Origin: Gaiellales bacterium | GTDB taxonomy: Bacteria; Actinomycetota; Thermoleophilia; BMS3ABIN01 | DNA length: 64,000 nt | Direction of reading: 5' to 3' | Assembly: GCA_003599855.1 (NCBI GenBank) | Contig: QZKG01000067.1 | Span: 7,647 to 71,646 of the forward strand | Shown here: piece after piece, positions 46,461 through 54,682 of the stretch | Position numbering within the stretch: the first letter of the stretch is position 1 | How the letters are laid out: each line of letters opens with the position of its first letter | Program-made: the position numbers and the translations under genes | Notes under the pieces: generated by a model | Database searches by the model: none | What the model was told of the DNA's origin: nothing | Seen by the model: the letters and a program-made list of their open reading frames with translations, nothing else

Positions 46461-46738
46461 TTGTTCCTCCTCGCATGGATTTACTGCCGGAAATAATATA
46501 CCGATTCAACCTCATTTGAAAGCTGGTCAGGTAACCAGGGGGATCGAAACGCTGCGGGTCCCTTTCCTAACATTTGTCTGGCATGCACTCAAGATTCTTC
46601 TGTCCGGACGGGGTGTTATCCTTTGTCCGCGACGAGTCGTGGATGCGCTGCTGCGCAAGGGTGGTTGCTAATATTAATGATATATGGTTCAATTCGTTCG
46701 AAGCGGGCGTCGTTTGCGGCGCCGGCAGAAGAGAGGGC

Positions 46739-47419
46739 ATGATGGTCGGGAGTTATACCCACATATCGGTGATACTCGACCGCACCGGCTCCATGGAGCC
46801 GGTGCGGGATGACATCATCGGCGGTTTCAACACTTTCCTCGAAGACCAGAAACAGCAGCCGGGGCTGGCGACGCTGACGCTCGTCCAGTTCGACTCCGAG
46901 GAGCCTTACGAGGTGCTGTTCCACTTCGCCCCGCTCGAGGACATCCCCGGGTTGAGCCGTGATACCTACGTGCCCCGGGCCGCCACCCCCCTGCTGGATG
47001 CCATCGGGCGGGGCATCAACGACCTCGACCAGGTACTGGGCGGGATGGCGCCGGAGGAGCGGCCTATGCACGTGATCGTCGTCATCATCACCGACGGGCA
47101 GGAGAACGCGAGCAGGGAATTCCACCGAAAAGACATAATCAAGATGATCACGGAGCACAGCGAGAAAGATGGTTGGCAGTTCGCGTTTCTAAGCGCGGAC
47201 CTGGGCGCGATGAGGGACGCGGTCAGTTACGGGATGCAGGAAGCGTCGATCATGGCCTATGACAAGTCGACGAAGGGCGTCAGGGACGTCATGAGGTCAT
47301 CCTCGGACCGCATATCAGACCTGCGCCGCGGGACGAAGGACCGGCTGGCTTTCAACCAAGAGGACCGCGCCAGGCAGAAGAGCGAGAAGCGCCGGGGCCG
47401 AGACCCCGACGCTTCCTGA
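46739..47419 (+). CDS. von Willebrand factor type A (vWA) domain protein
   Basis: MIDAS motif ILDRTGSM (DxSxS) with a downstream Rossmann-like pattern. Start at the internal ATG of ORF 46574..47419. Confidence 0.65.
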   Translation: MMVGSYTHISVILDRTGSMEPVRDDIIGGFNTFLEDQKQQPGLATLTLVQFDSEEPYEVLFHFAPLEDIPGLSRDTYVPRAATPLLDAIGRGINDLDQVLGGMAPEERPMHVIVVIITDGQENASREFHRKDIIKMITEHSEKDGWQFAFLSADLGAMRDAVSYGMQEASIMAYDKSTKGVRDVMRSSSDRISDLRRGTKDRLAFNQEDRARQKSEKRRGRDPDAS

Positions 47420-47430
47420 CGTCAACATCC

Positions 47431-47634
47431 TCAGTGGGCCGCATGTTCTTCGCATTCATGGGCCTTCTTGTGATGACCCTTATGCTTGCCCTTGCCCTTG
47501 CAGTGTCCGTAATGGTTGCCAGGGGGGCACTTGCACTCCGTCACAGTTCCCACCGCCCCGGGATCGCTGCCAGTCTCGCTGGCAAACGCCACGCCGGTGA
47601 GCGGCGCCGCAAACATGGTCACAACCGCAATCAT
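47431..47634 (-). CDS. small secreted His/Lys-rich protein (putative metal-binding)
   Basis: Signal peptide MIAVVTMFAAPLTGVAFA, then ...CKCPPGNHYGHCKGKGKHKGHHKKAHECEEHAAH. The ORF track extends it to 47700. Confidence 0.45.
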   Translation of the reverse strand: MIAVVTMFAAPLTGVAFASETGSDPGAVGTVTECKCPPGNHYGHCKGKGKHKGHHKKAHECEEHAAH

Positions 47635-47965
47635 GGTAATCGCCAATAGTCGTCTCACTTCTTCCTCCTGAGGTCCGGCCGTCCGCAGGACAGCCAACAT
47701 ACATTACAACGGCAATTATGTGCCCCCGACATGAAGGATCTGTGTAGCTCCGGTTAAGAACAGGCTAAGAAATCAGGAATCCATCGTTTTTCACTGACGG
47801 TCCGAAGGTTGCGCGAGGCCTGAATTTTAACGGACTCTTAATACTTGCGTATAACTGAAACGGCCGGAAAAGGGTATCATTTCATAGAAGGTTCGAATCG
47901 CTTGCGCCCTGCGCCCGCGGGACGACTTCCTGACTGGTTCATTCGGATATGGATGGAGTATGCCC

Positions 47966-48466
47966 ATGACAGAATCACGGGATGATGCAATTTTTCGGCA
48001 GCGCCTCGCCCGGCTCCGTACCGGTTCATCAGCTGCCCTGGTGACAATAGCAATGTTGCTGCTGGTATTGCTGGCGACGGGCTGTAGTGAAGATGCGGCC
48101 ACGACCTCGACGGTGGCCGACCTTTCCACCCCCGAAGGCGGCAGGCTCGAACTGAAGGAGACAAGTCACGACTTCGGCAAGGTGCCGGTGGGTGAAACGG
48201 TCACCCATTCTTTCGAGGTGAGGAACAGCGGTGACGGACCCCTGCGGCTGGGTGAGCTCGAGGTCAAGCGCCTGGAGGGATGCTGAAGCGCCGATGCGGT
48301 CGTGGGTTCCACGACCCTGGCGCCCGGCGAGACCACCAGCCTCGACGTGACCATACACATGGGCAAGGGCATGGGCGGCGTGCATGTCTTTGAGATCACT
48401 ATCCCCTCCAACGATCCCGGAGCGGTGAACAACAAGGTCCAGGCGCGCGTCGATTTCATCGAATAG
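47966..48466 (+). CDS. DUF1573-like lipoprotein interrupted by an in-frame TGA (candidate selenoprotein, or pseudogene)
   Basis: Lipobox LLATGC and DUF1573-like HDFGKVPVGETVTHSFEVRNSGDGPLRL...LEGC[TGA 48284-48286]SADAVVGSTTLAPGETTSLDV...NDPGAVNNKVQARVDFIE. The reading frame is unchanged across the TGA. Confidence 0.5.
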
Positions 48467-48503
48467 GAAAGATGTGGCGGCTGGAACAGCCGGTTAGAGA
48501 ATC

Positions 48504-49859
48504 GTGAACGGACAAACCGAGAAGATCGGCGTCGATAACGGCGCCGGAAGAGGCGGCATCGACAGGCTCCTCTACTGGCGCCGCTATCCGGCGTCGCTGC
48601 ACGCCGCCTTCTACCTGATGCTGGCCGTCCTGGTGTTCTTCGCTTTCTACCCGCCGCGCCAGGCAGAAGGCAACCTCGCCACCGAGGTGGTCTGGAAGCT
48701 CTGGTGGCCGGGGCTGTCATTCCTGCTGCTGGCGGCCGGGCGCGTCTGGTGCGGCGTCTGCCCCTTCGGGGGCCTTTCCGACCTGGCCGCCAGGCTCCGC
48801 CGCCCGCGCCATGCGCCGCCCGGAGTCATCCGCAAGGCCGGCCCGTGGCTCGGGGTCGTTTCCGTCTTCCTCTTCGGCATCGCCTTTCTGGCCCTGGGGC
48901 TGGAAGGCAACGCCGCCGCCACGGGGGTCATCCTCGTGGGGATGGCGGCGCTGGCGTTCGGCCTCTCCCTCGCCTGGAAGGGCAGGAACTTCTGCCGCTA
49001 CCTCTGCCCCATCGGCATGATCACCCGGGTCTATTCCTTTTTCTCCTGGATGCGCGTGCGGGGCGGTGGCGGCCGGCGGCCGGCGATGGCCTGCCCGGTC
49101 GGGCAGTCGCCCGCCAGCCTCAGGCAGCCGAGCCAGTGCCATCTCTGCGGCGCCTGCACCAAGGGGGGCAGCGCCGGGGTCAGGACTTTTACCGGTTTCG
49201 CCGGCGCGCGCCTGCCCGCCCGCACCGAGTTCGGCCGGGTCGAGGCCACCCTCTCCATCGTCATGCTGGGCCTGATGGCGGCGGATTCGGTGCGCATGAC
49301 CCCCCTGTTCGCCCGCTACCAGCGGGGCGCACTGCCCTGGTTCGGCTTCAATTACCGCCTGTCGGTGATCGTCGGCGTAGCTGCTCTCACCGCGCTGCTG
49401 CTGGCGTCGTTCGCCCTCGCCTCCCGCCTGCTGGCCCGCCGCCCGGGGGGAGCGGAGAGCGTCTTCCGCTCGCTCGGCTTCTCGCTGCTGCCGCTGACTT
49501 TCGGCGTTTTCATGGCGCTGGCGCTCCAGCACCTCTGGTCCGGGGCCTGGCCTTCACTGCAGACCATCGCCGCTGAGTCCCGGCTGCTGGACTGGACGGG
49601 CCACATGCCGCCCGAGGATGTCTACTTCGTCAGCATCCCGTTGAAGATCATCCAGTTCGTCTTTCTCGCCGTGGGGCTGGGCTGGTCCCTGCGGCTGGCC
49701 GACCGTACACTGCAACCAGGCCGGGAGAAGCCGGGCCCGGTACCGCTCGAGGTCGCACCGCACAAGTCAGGTGCCACCTCGCTCAAACGTCCGGTCATAC
49801 TGCTGGCGGCAGGCGGGATCAGTTTCCTCTTCCTGCTGCCCATGAGCGGCGCCTGTTGA
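48504..49859 (+). CDS. NapH/FixG-like polytopic membrane protein with CxxCP FeS motifs (paralog of 32332..33930)
   Basis: Motifs WCGVCPFGGLSD, FCRYLCPIGMI and CHLCGACTKGG lie within roughly 10 TM. Confidence 0.65.
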   Translation: MNGQTEKIGVDNGAGRGGIDRLLYWRRYPASLHAAFYLMLAVLVFFAFYPPRQAEGNLATEVVWKLWWPGLSFLLLAAGRVWCGVCPFGGLSDLAARLRRPRHAPPGVIRKAGPWLGVVSVFLFGIAFLALGLEGNAAATGVILVGMAALAFGLSLAWKGRNFCRYLCPIGMITRVYSFFSWMRVRGGGGRRPAMACPVGQSPASLRQPSQCHLCGACTKGGSAGVRTFTGFAGARLPARTEFGRVEATLSIVMLGLMAADSVRMTPLFARYQRGALPWFGFNYRLSVIVGVAALTALLLASFALASRLLARRPGGAESVFRSLGFSLLPLTFGVFMALALQHLWSGAWPSLQTIAAESRLLDWTGHMPPEDVYFVSIPLKIIQFVFLAVGLGWSLRLADRTLQPGREKPGPVPLEVAPHKSGATSLKRPVILLAAGGISFLFLLPMSGAC

Positions 49860-49884
49860 CAAAATGATAAGGGAGTCACCCAGG

Positions 49885-50322
49885 ATGAAACGATTTATTT
49901 TGATGAGCAGGCAACGCGTCCTGCTGCTGGCAATCGCGGCGATCGCCCTTGCCGTTATCTCAGCCGGCGGTTGCGGCGAGGAGGCCGGCGACGTGGAGTT
50001 CCCCGAGTTCGTTTACCGCTCGGAGGAATCCCTGGAGGGGTACAGGATCGCCGCGGCCAACCAGGATGTGCTCGAGCAGATTCCCTGCTATTGCGGCTGC
50101 GAGCGGGACAGGGAGAAGTATCAGAACCTCAAGGACTGCTTCTACAACCGCGAGACGGGAGACTTCGACGAGCATGCCGCCAGTTGCGCCATCTGCCTGG
50201 AGGAGGCCCGGGACGTGGAGCAGTGGCAGGACGAGGGCCTTTCGCTGAAAGAGATCAGGGACCGGATCGACGAGAAGTACCAGGACCGCGGCACACCCAC
50301 CGATACGCCGCCGGTCGAGTGA
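49885..50322 (+). CDS. PCYCGC-motif lipoprotein
   Basis: Signal plus lipobox (VISAGGCG), the conserved IPCYCGCERD motif and an additional CAIC pair. SD is aagggag. Confidence 0.65.
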   Translation: MKRFILMSRQRVLLLAIAAIALAVISAGGCGEEAGDVEFPEFVYRSEESLEGYRIAAANQDVLEQIPCYCGCERDREKYQNLKDCFYNRETGDFDEHAASCAICLEEARDVEQWQDEGLSLKEIRDRIDEKYQDRGTPTDTPPVE

Positions 50323-50498
50323 GCCTGCCGCTTCTGGCAGCCCGTATCTGATGTTCCTGGTGCGGCCCCTGTGATGCTAAAAAAAGGTATGGTGTCACCG
50401 GTATCGTGCCGGTTTTCAGGTAAGGCGCGGTCGTCCCTTCCGTCCGGGCAAATGTGTATAATTTGCGTTCCAGCCAACAGGGGAAAACAGGAGTGGTG

Positions 50499-50864
50499 AT
50501 GGCAACAGTAGTGAAGGCGTCCGAGCAGAAGGTGTACCGCGGCCCCGAGGACGGGCGCTCGCGCATGCTGATTCACCCGGGCATGGGGGCGAGAAACCTC
50601 AGCCTGGGTTCGATGGTGTTCCCCGTGGGCGGCCGCACCGCCCCGCATACCCGCGAGACCGAAGAAGTGATCTTCGTCGTCCGCGGTCGGACGGCGATCC
50701 ATATCGCCGGCGAGGCGCACGAACTCGAGGCCGGCGACGCCATCTACATCCCGCCGGGCACCGAGCACTATCACGAGAACATCGGCGATGAAGAACTGGA
50801 GCACGTCTGGGTCTTCTCGCCCCAGGGCCCGGAACAGCTGTTCTACGGCATGGAGACAGAATAG
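50499..50864 (+). CDS. cupin domain protein
   Basis: Cupin motifs GGRTAPHTRETEEVIFVVRGRTAIHIAGEAHELEAGDAIYIPPGTEHYHEN. SD is aggagtgg. Confidence 0.65.
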   Translation: MATVVKASEQKVYRGPEDGRSRMLIHPGMGARNLSLGSMVFPVGGRTAPHTRETEEVIFVVRGRTAIHIAGEAHELEAGDAIYIPPGTEHYHENIGDEELEHVWVFSPQGPEQLFYGMETE

Positions 50865-50941
50865 CCCCGGTGCTCGCGGGCCAGCATGGCTGACCGGAGA
50901 ACGCCAGCCGGAGAACGCCATCCGGAGAGGGCCGCCCGCCG

Positions 50942-53002
50942 CTACGCGGGACCGGGGGGGCCCGCCAGCAGCGACTCGGCGGCGTTAAGCTCATCGAGCG
51001 TACCCATCAAGAAGACGGAGTCGCCCGCGGCGAAGGTGAAATCGGGGGCGGGGTTGGACTCTCGCCCGGCGCCGCGCTCGACAGCCACTACGGTGGCCCC
51101 GGTCTTCTTCCTGATGGCCAGCTCCATGATGCTCTTGCCGTCGGCCGCCATGCCAGGCTCTACCACCACCTCACGCAGGTCCTCCGCCGAGATGAGCGCG
51201 TCGAGGGAGCGCCGGCGTTCATGGCGATGGTCGTCGCGTGAGAGGAAGGAGTAATGCTCGTTGCGGATGCTGTCCTTCTCCGCCGAGACCACCCGGCTGG
51301 GGGCGCCGTAGACCGACATCACCTTTCCCGCCAGCTCCAGCGACGTCTCGAACTCCTCCGGGACCACCTGGTCCGCGCCCAGCTTGTACAGGTCGTCCAT
51401 CTCTGACAGGAACCGCGTCCGCACGATGATGTTGAGGCCGGGGCTGAGCGCCCGGGCGGTGGCCACCATCTGGCGGCTCTGGGCCGGGTCCGCCACAGCG
51501 ATGACCAGCGACCGCGCCCGCTCCACGCCCGCGTGCCTGAGCACGTCCCGGCGCACGGCGTCGCCGAAATAAATGTTCTCTCCCTGCTGGCGCATCTTCA
51601 TGACCGTATGGGGATTGAGCTCCAGTACTATGTATTTGACATCGATGTGCCTGAGCATGCGGGCGACGTTGCGTCCGTTGACCCCGTAACCCACGATGAT
51701 GACATGATCCTCGATGCCGCCCTCGCCGGCCTCGACGGCTTCGAGCCCTACCATCCTGCCGAACCGCGCCCGGGCGCGGGAGCCGTAGCCGCCGATCACG
51801 CGGGCCAGGCGCTCCTCGCGGGGCAGCCGGGCGGCGATTACCGGCGCCAGCCTCGCGATAAGGGGCGTGATGGCCATGGTGAGCACCGATATCGAGATGA
51901 AAATGGCATAGGTGTCATCGGCCAGCAGCCCGTGGGTCAGGCCGGCGCTAGCCAGCACGAAGGAGAACTCGCCCACCTGGGCCAGCCCCATGCCCGCTAT
52001 CACGGCGACCCAGGCGCCGAATCCCAGGGCCAGGGCAATGGCCGCAACCACCAGCGACTTGAGCGCCAGCACCCCGGCCCCGGCGCCCAGGGTCGACACC
52101 GGGTCGCTGAACCAAAGGCCCGGGTCCACCAGCATGCCGATGGACACGAAGAAGAGGCTGTTGAACACATCACGGAAGGGCGTGATGTCGGCCAGCACCT
52201 GGTGCGAGTAGTCGGACTCCGACATCACCACACCGGCGAGGAAGGCGCCCATAGCCAGGGAGAAGCCCATGCGGCTGCCCAGGTAGGCCGTGCCCAGAGC
52301 GATGAGGATCACCGAGAGGGTGAATACCTCGCTGCTGCGGGTGTGAACCACCCTCTCCATGATCCAGGGAAAGAGGAAATGGCTGGCCACGAGCAGGGCC
52401 GCCAGCAGGCCGACGGCCTGCACCAGGGTCAGGATGCCCTCGAACCAGGAGCCCGAATCGCCGCCTCCCAGAAAGATAGTCAGCAGGATGAGGGGTATCA
52501 CAGCCAGGTCCTGGAAGATGAGGATGCCCACCATCAGGCGTCCCTGGACAGTGTAGGTCTCGCCGCTCTCCTCCAGCAGCCGCAGGACGATGGCCGTGGA
52601 GCTGACGGCCACCAGGAACCCGATCATGAGGGCATTGCGGGGCGCCATGGCGAAGAAACGGTTGAGCGCCAGCGTGGTCACGGCGATGGTGACCAGCATC
52701 TGCGCGCCGCCGGCCCCGAGGGCGAGCCACTTCATCTGGGCCAGCTCCCGGAAGGAGAAGCGCAGCCCTATCGTGAACAGCAGGAGCGCAACGCCTATCT
52801 CGGCGATGACCTCGATATCCCCACGCTCGTCCACGAGGCCGAAGCCCCCCGGGCCGATCAGTACGCCGGCGATGATGAACCCGGCGATCACCGGGATGCG
52901 CAACTTGCGCAGCAGGTAGACCGTGACGATGGCTACCGCCAGGATGAGAAGGATGTCCCTGAGGATATCGTATTCGTGCATCGCGAAAGTCTCCTCGCGC
53001 AA
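50942..53002 (-). CDS. monovalent cation:proton antiporter-2 (CPA2, Kef-type) with RCK/TrkA-N domain
   Basis: A roughly 13-TM exchanger domain, then a TrkA-N Rossmann HVIIVGYGVNGRNVARML, then a TrkA-C-like C-terminus. Confidence 0.8.
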   Translation of the reverse strand: MREETFAMHEYDILRDILLILAVAIVTVYLLRKLRIPVIAGFIIAGVLIGPGGFGLVDERGDIEVIAEIGVALLLFTIGLRFSFRELAQMKWLALGAGGAQMLVTIAVTTLALNRFFAMAPRNALMIGFLVAVSSTAIVLRLLEESGETYTVQGRLMVGILIFQDLAVIPLILLTIFLGGGDSGSWFEGILTLVQAVGLLAALLVASHFLFPWIMERVVHTRSSEVFTLSVILIALGTAYLGSRMGFSLAMGAFLAGVVMSESDYSHQVLADITPFRDVFNSLFFVSIGMLVDPGLWFSDPVSTLGAGAGVLALKSLVVAAIALALGFGAWVAVIAGMGLAQVGEFSFVLASAGLTHGLLADDTYAIFISISVLTMAITPLIARLAPVIAARLPREERLARVIGGYGSRARARFGRMVGLEAVEAGEGGIEDHVIIVGYGVNGRNVARMLRHIDVKYIVLELNPHTVMKMRQQGENIYFGDAVRRDVLRHAGVERARSLVIAVADPAQSRQMVATARALSPGLNIIVRTRFLSEMDDLYKLGADQVVPEEFETSLELAGKVMSVYGAPSRVVSAEKDSIRNEHYSFLSRDDHRHERRRSLDALISAEDLREVVVEPGMAADGKSIMELAIRKKTGATVVAVERGAGRESNPAPDFTFAAGDSVFLMGTLDELNAAESLLAGPPGPA

Positions 53003-53083
53003 TATCTTGTGTCCGGTTCCCGCCCCTGCCGGGAACGCAGGCGGGGTTACGGTTTATTACCCCCTTGCCCGGCTACTTCCTTT

Positions 53084-54640
53084 TTATGCTTTTGCCGGCT
53101 TGGGGGGCTGGCTGGCGGAGCCGAATCCGCCACCACCCGGGGTCTCGACAGTGACGGTGTCGCCGGCGTCCAGGGACAGCGTCACCTTGCCCGGGACCTC
53201 GCGGCCGTTCACCAGGTTCCGCCCGGTAAGGCCCGCCTCGCCACCGGCGGCCCCCCGCGGGCCGTGGCGGCGGCGGTCAGCCATGAGCGACAAGCGGGCG
53301 GGCGCCAGCAGCCGCAGGGACCGTACCACACCGTCGCCGCCACGTCGCTGGCCGGCGCCGCCGGAGCCGTGACGCAGCTCGTAGCGTTCCACCTTGAGCG
53401 GGAAGGCCATCTCCAGCGCCTCCACCGGGGTGTTGAGCGTGTTGGTCGTGCCGGTGTGGATGCCGCTGGCGCCGTCGCGTTCCTGACAGGCGCCGCCGCC
53501 ACCGCCGATCGTCTCGTAGTAGTTGAACTCGTCACTGCCCAGGGTGAGGTTGTTCATGGTGGCCTGGCTCTGGGCCGGCAGGGTGACGGCCTTTGAGAGG
53601 GCGAGCGCCACGGCGTCGGCGATGCGCTGGGAAGCTTCGACGTTGCCGCCGGCGACCGCCGCTGGCGGCACAGCGTTCACCAGGCAGCCCGCCGGAGCGC
53701 TAACCGACACGGGCGCCACAGCGCCGGCATTGGGCGGGATGTCCGGGTCGGTGATCGCCCGCATGACGAAGTAGCAGGCGGAACGAGTCACAGCCATGGG
53801 ACAATTGAGGTTGCCCTGCTCCTGGGGCGCCGTGCCGCTGAAATCCATCGCTATCTCGTCGCCCGCGATCTCTACCGCCACCCGGATGACCAGATCATCG
53901 CCGTCGCGCTCAAGGTAGTCCTCGGCCTGATAGCGCCCGTCAGGCAAATCCGCAATCTCCGCCCGCATCCGCCGCTCGGAGTAAGACACCGTCGCCGCCA
54001 TGGCTGCGGCAAGCCGGCGGGACCCTTCGCGCCACGCCAGCTCCTCGAGCCGCGCCTGGGCGACTCGTCCCGCGCCGAGCTGCGCCCGCAAATCGCCGAG
54101 CCGCTCCCCAGGCCGGCGCACCCTGGTGAGGAAGCCGTCCAGGAACTCCTGCTGCATCTCCCCGGCTGCCACCAGCCGCGTGGGCCCGATGACGACACCC
54201 TCCTCCTCCAGCGTCAACGACCCTGCGGGCATGCTGCCTGGCTCGCTGCCGCCGACGTCGGCATGATGGGCCCGGCTGGCAGCGTAGGCGATGATGGCGC
54301 CATCGACGGTCACCGGCGCGACCAAGGTGATGTCCGGCAGGTGGGTGCCGCCGCGGAAAGGGTCGTTAAGGATGAATACGTCCCCCGGCTCCGGCCCCTC
54401 GGCGAGCACCGCGGCCACCGCGTCCGGCAGGGCCCCCAGGTGTACGGGGATGTGCTCAGCCTGGGCCACCAGGGTCCCGGAGGCGTCAAAGAGCGCGGTG
54501 GAGCAGTCGCGCCGCTCCTTGATATTGGTGGAGTAGGATGAGCGTATCAGCGCCGCGCCCATCTCGGCGCAGATGGATCCAAGCGCCGAGCTGAGCACCT
54601 GGAGCGTGATGGGGTCTATGTCATTCTTGCCGGTGTCCAT
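53084..54640 (-). CDS. hyuB: hydantoinase B / 5-oxoprolinase subunit B family
   Basis: The N-terminus DPITLQVLSSALGSICAEMGAALIRSSYSTNIKERRDCSTALFD is characteristic of the HyuB family. 518 aa. Confidence 0.8.
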   Translation of the reverse strand: MDTGKNDIDPITLQVLSSALGSICAEMGAALIRSSYSTNIKERRDCSTALFDASGTLVAQAEHIPVHLGALPDAVAAVLAEGPEPGDVFILNDPFRGGTHLPDITLVAPVTVDGAIIAYAASRAHHADVGGSEPGSMPAGSLTLEEEGVVIGPTRLVAAGEMQQEFLDGFLTRVRRPGERLGDLRAQLGAGRVAQARLEELAWREGSRRLAAAMAATVSYSERRMRAEIADLPDGRYQAEDYLERDGDDLVIRVAVEIAGDEIAMDFSGTAPQEQGNLNCPMAVTRSACYFVMRAITDPDIPPNAGAVAPVSVSAPAGCLVNAVPPAAVAGGNVEASQRIADAVALALSKAVTLPAQSQATMNNLTLGSDEFNYYETIGGGGGACQERDGASGIHTGTTNTLNTPVEALEMAFPLKVERYELRHGSGGAGQRRGGDGVVRSLRLLAPARLSLMADRRRHGPRGAAGGEAGLTGRNLVNGREVPGKVTLSLDAGDTVTVETPGGGGFGSASQPPKPAKA

Positions 54641-54682
54641 ATCTGCCTCTTCGTGCTCAGTGACGGGCTCCGCCCGGCCGGC

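Noticed and set aside
47880-47900. GGTTCGAATC, a tRNA T-loop-like sequence that might indicate a tRNA gene.
   Set aside because: The flanks do not form a T-stem, acceptor stem or anticodon arm, and no cloverleaf is possible. No tRNA, rRNA or CRISPR repeat array was found anywhere in the window.
47960-48466. Initial reading of the DUF1573-like gene as frameshifted.
   Set aside because: Re-translation shows the reading frame is continuous. The interruption is a single in-frame TGA, not a frameshift. It is therefore treated as a selenocysteine candidate or pseudogene rather than a frameshift.
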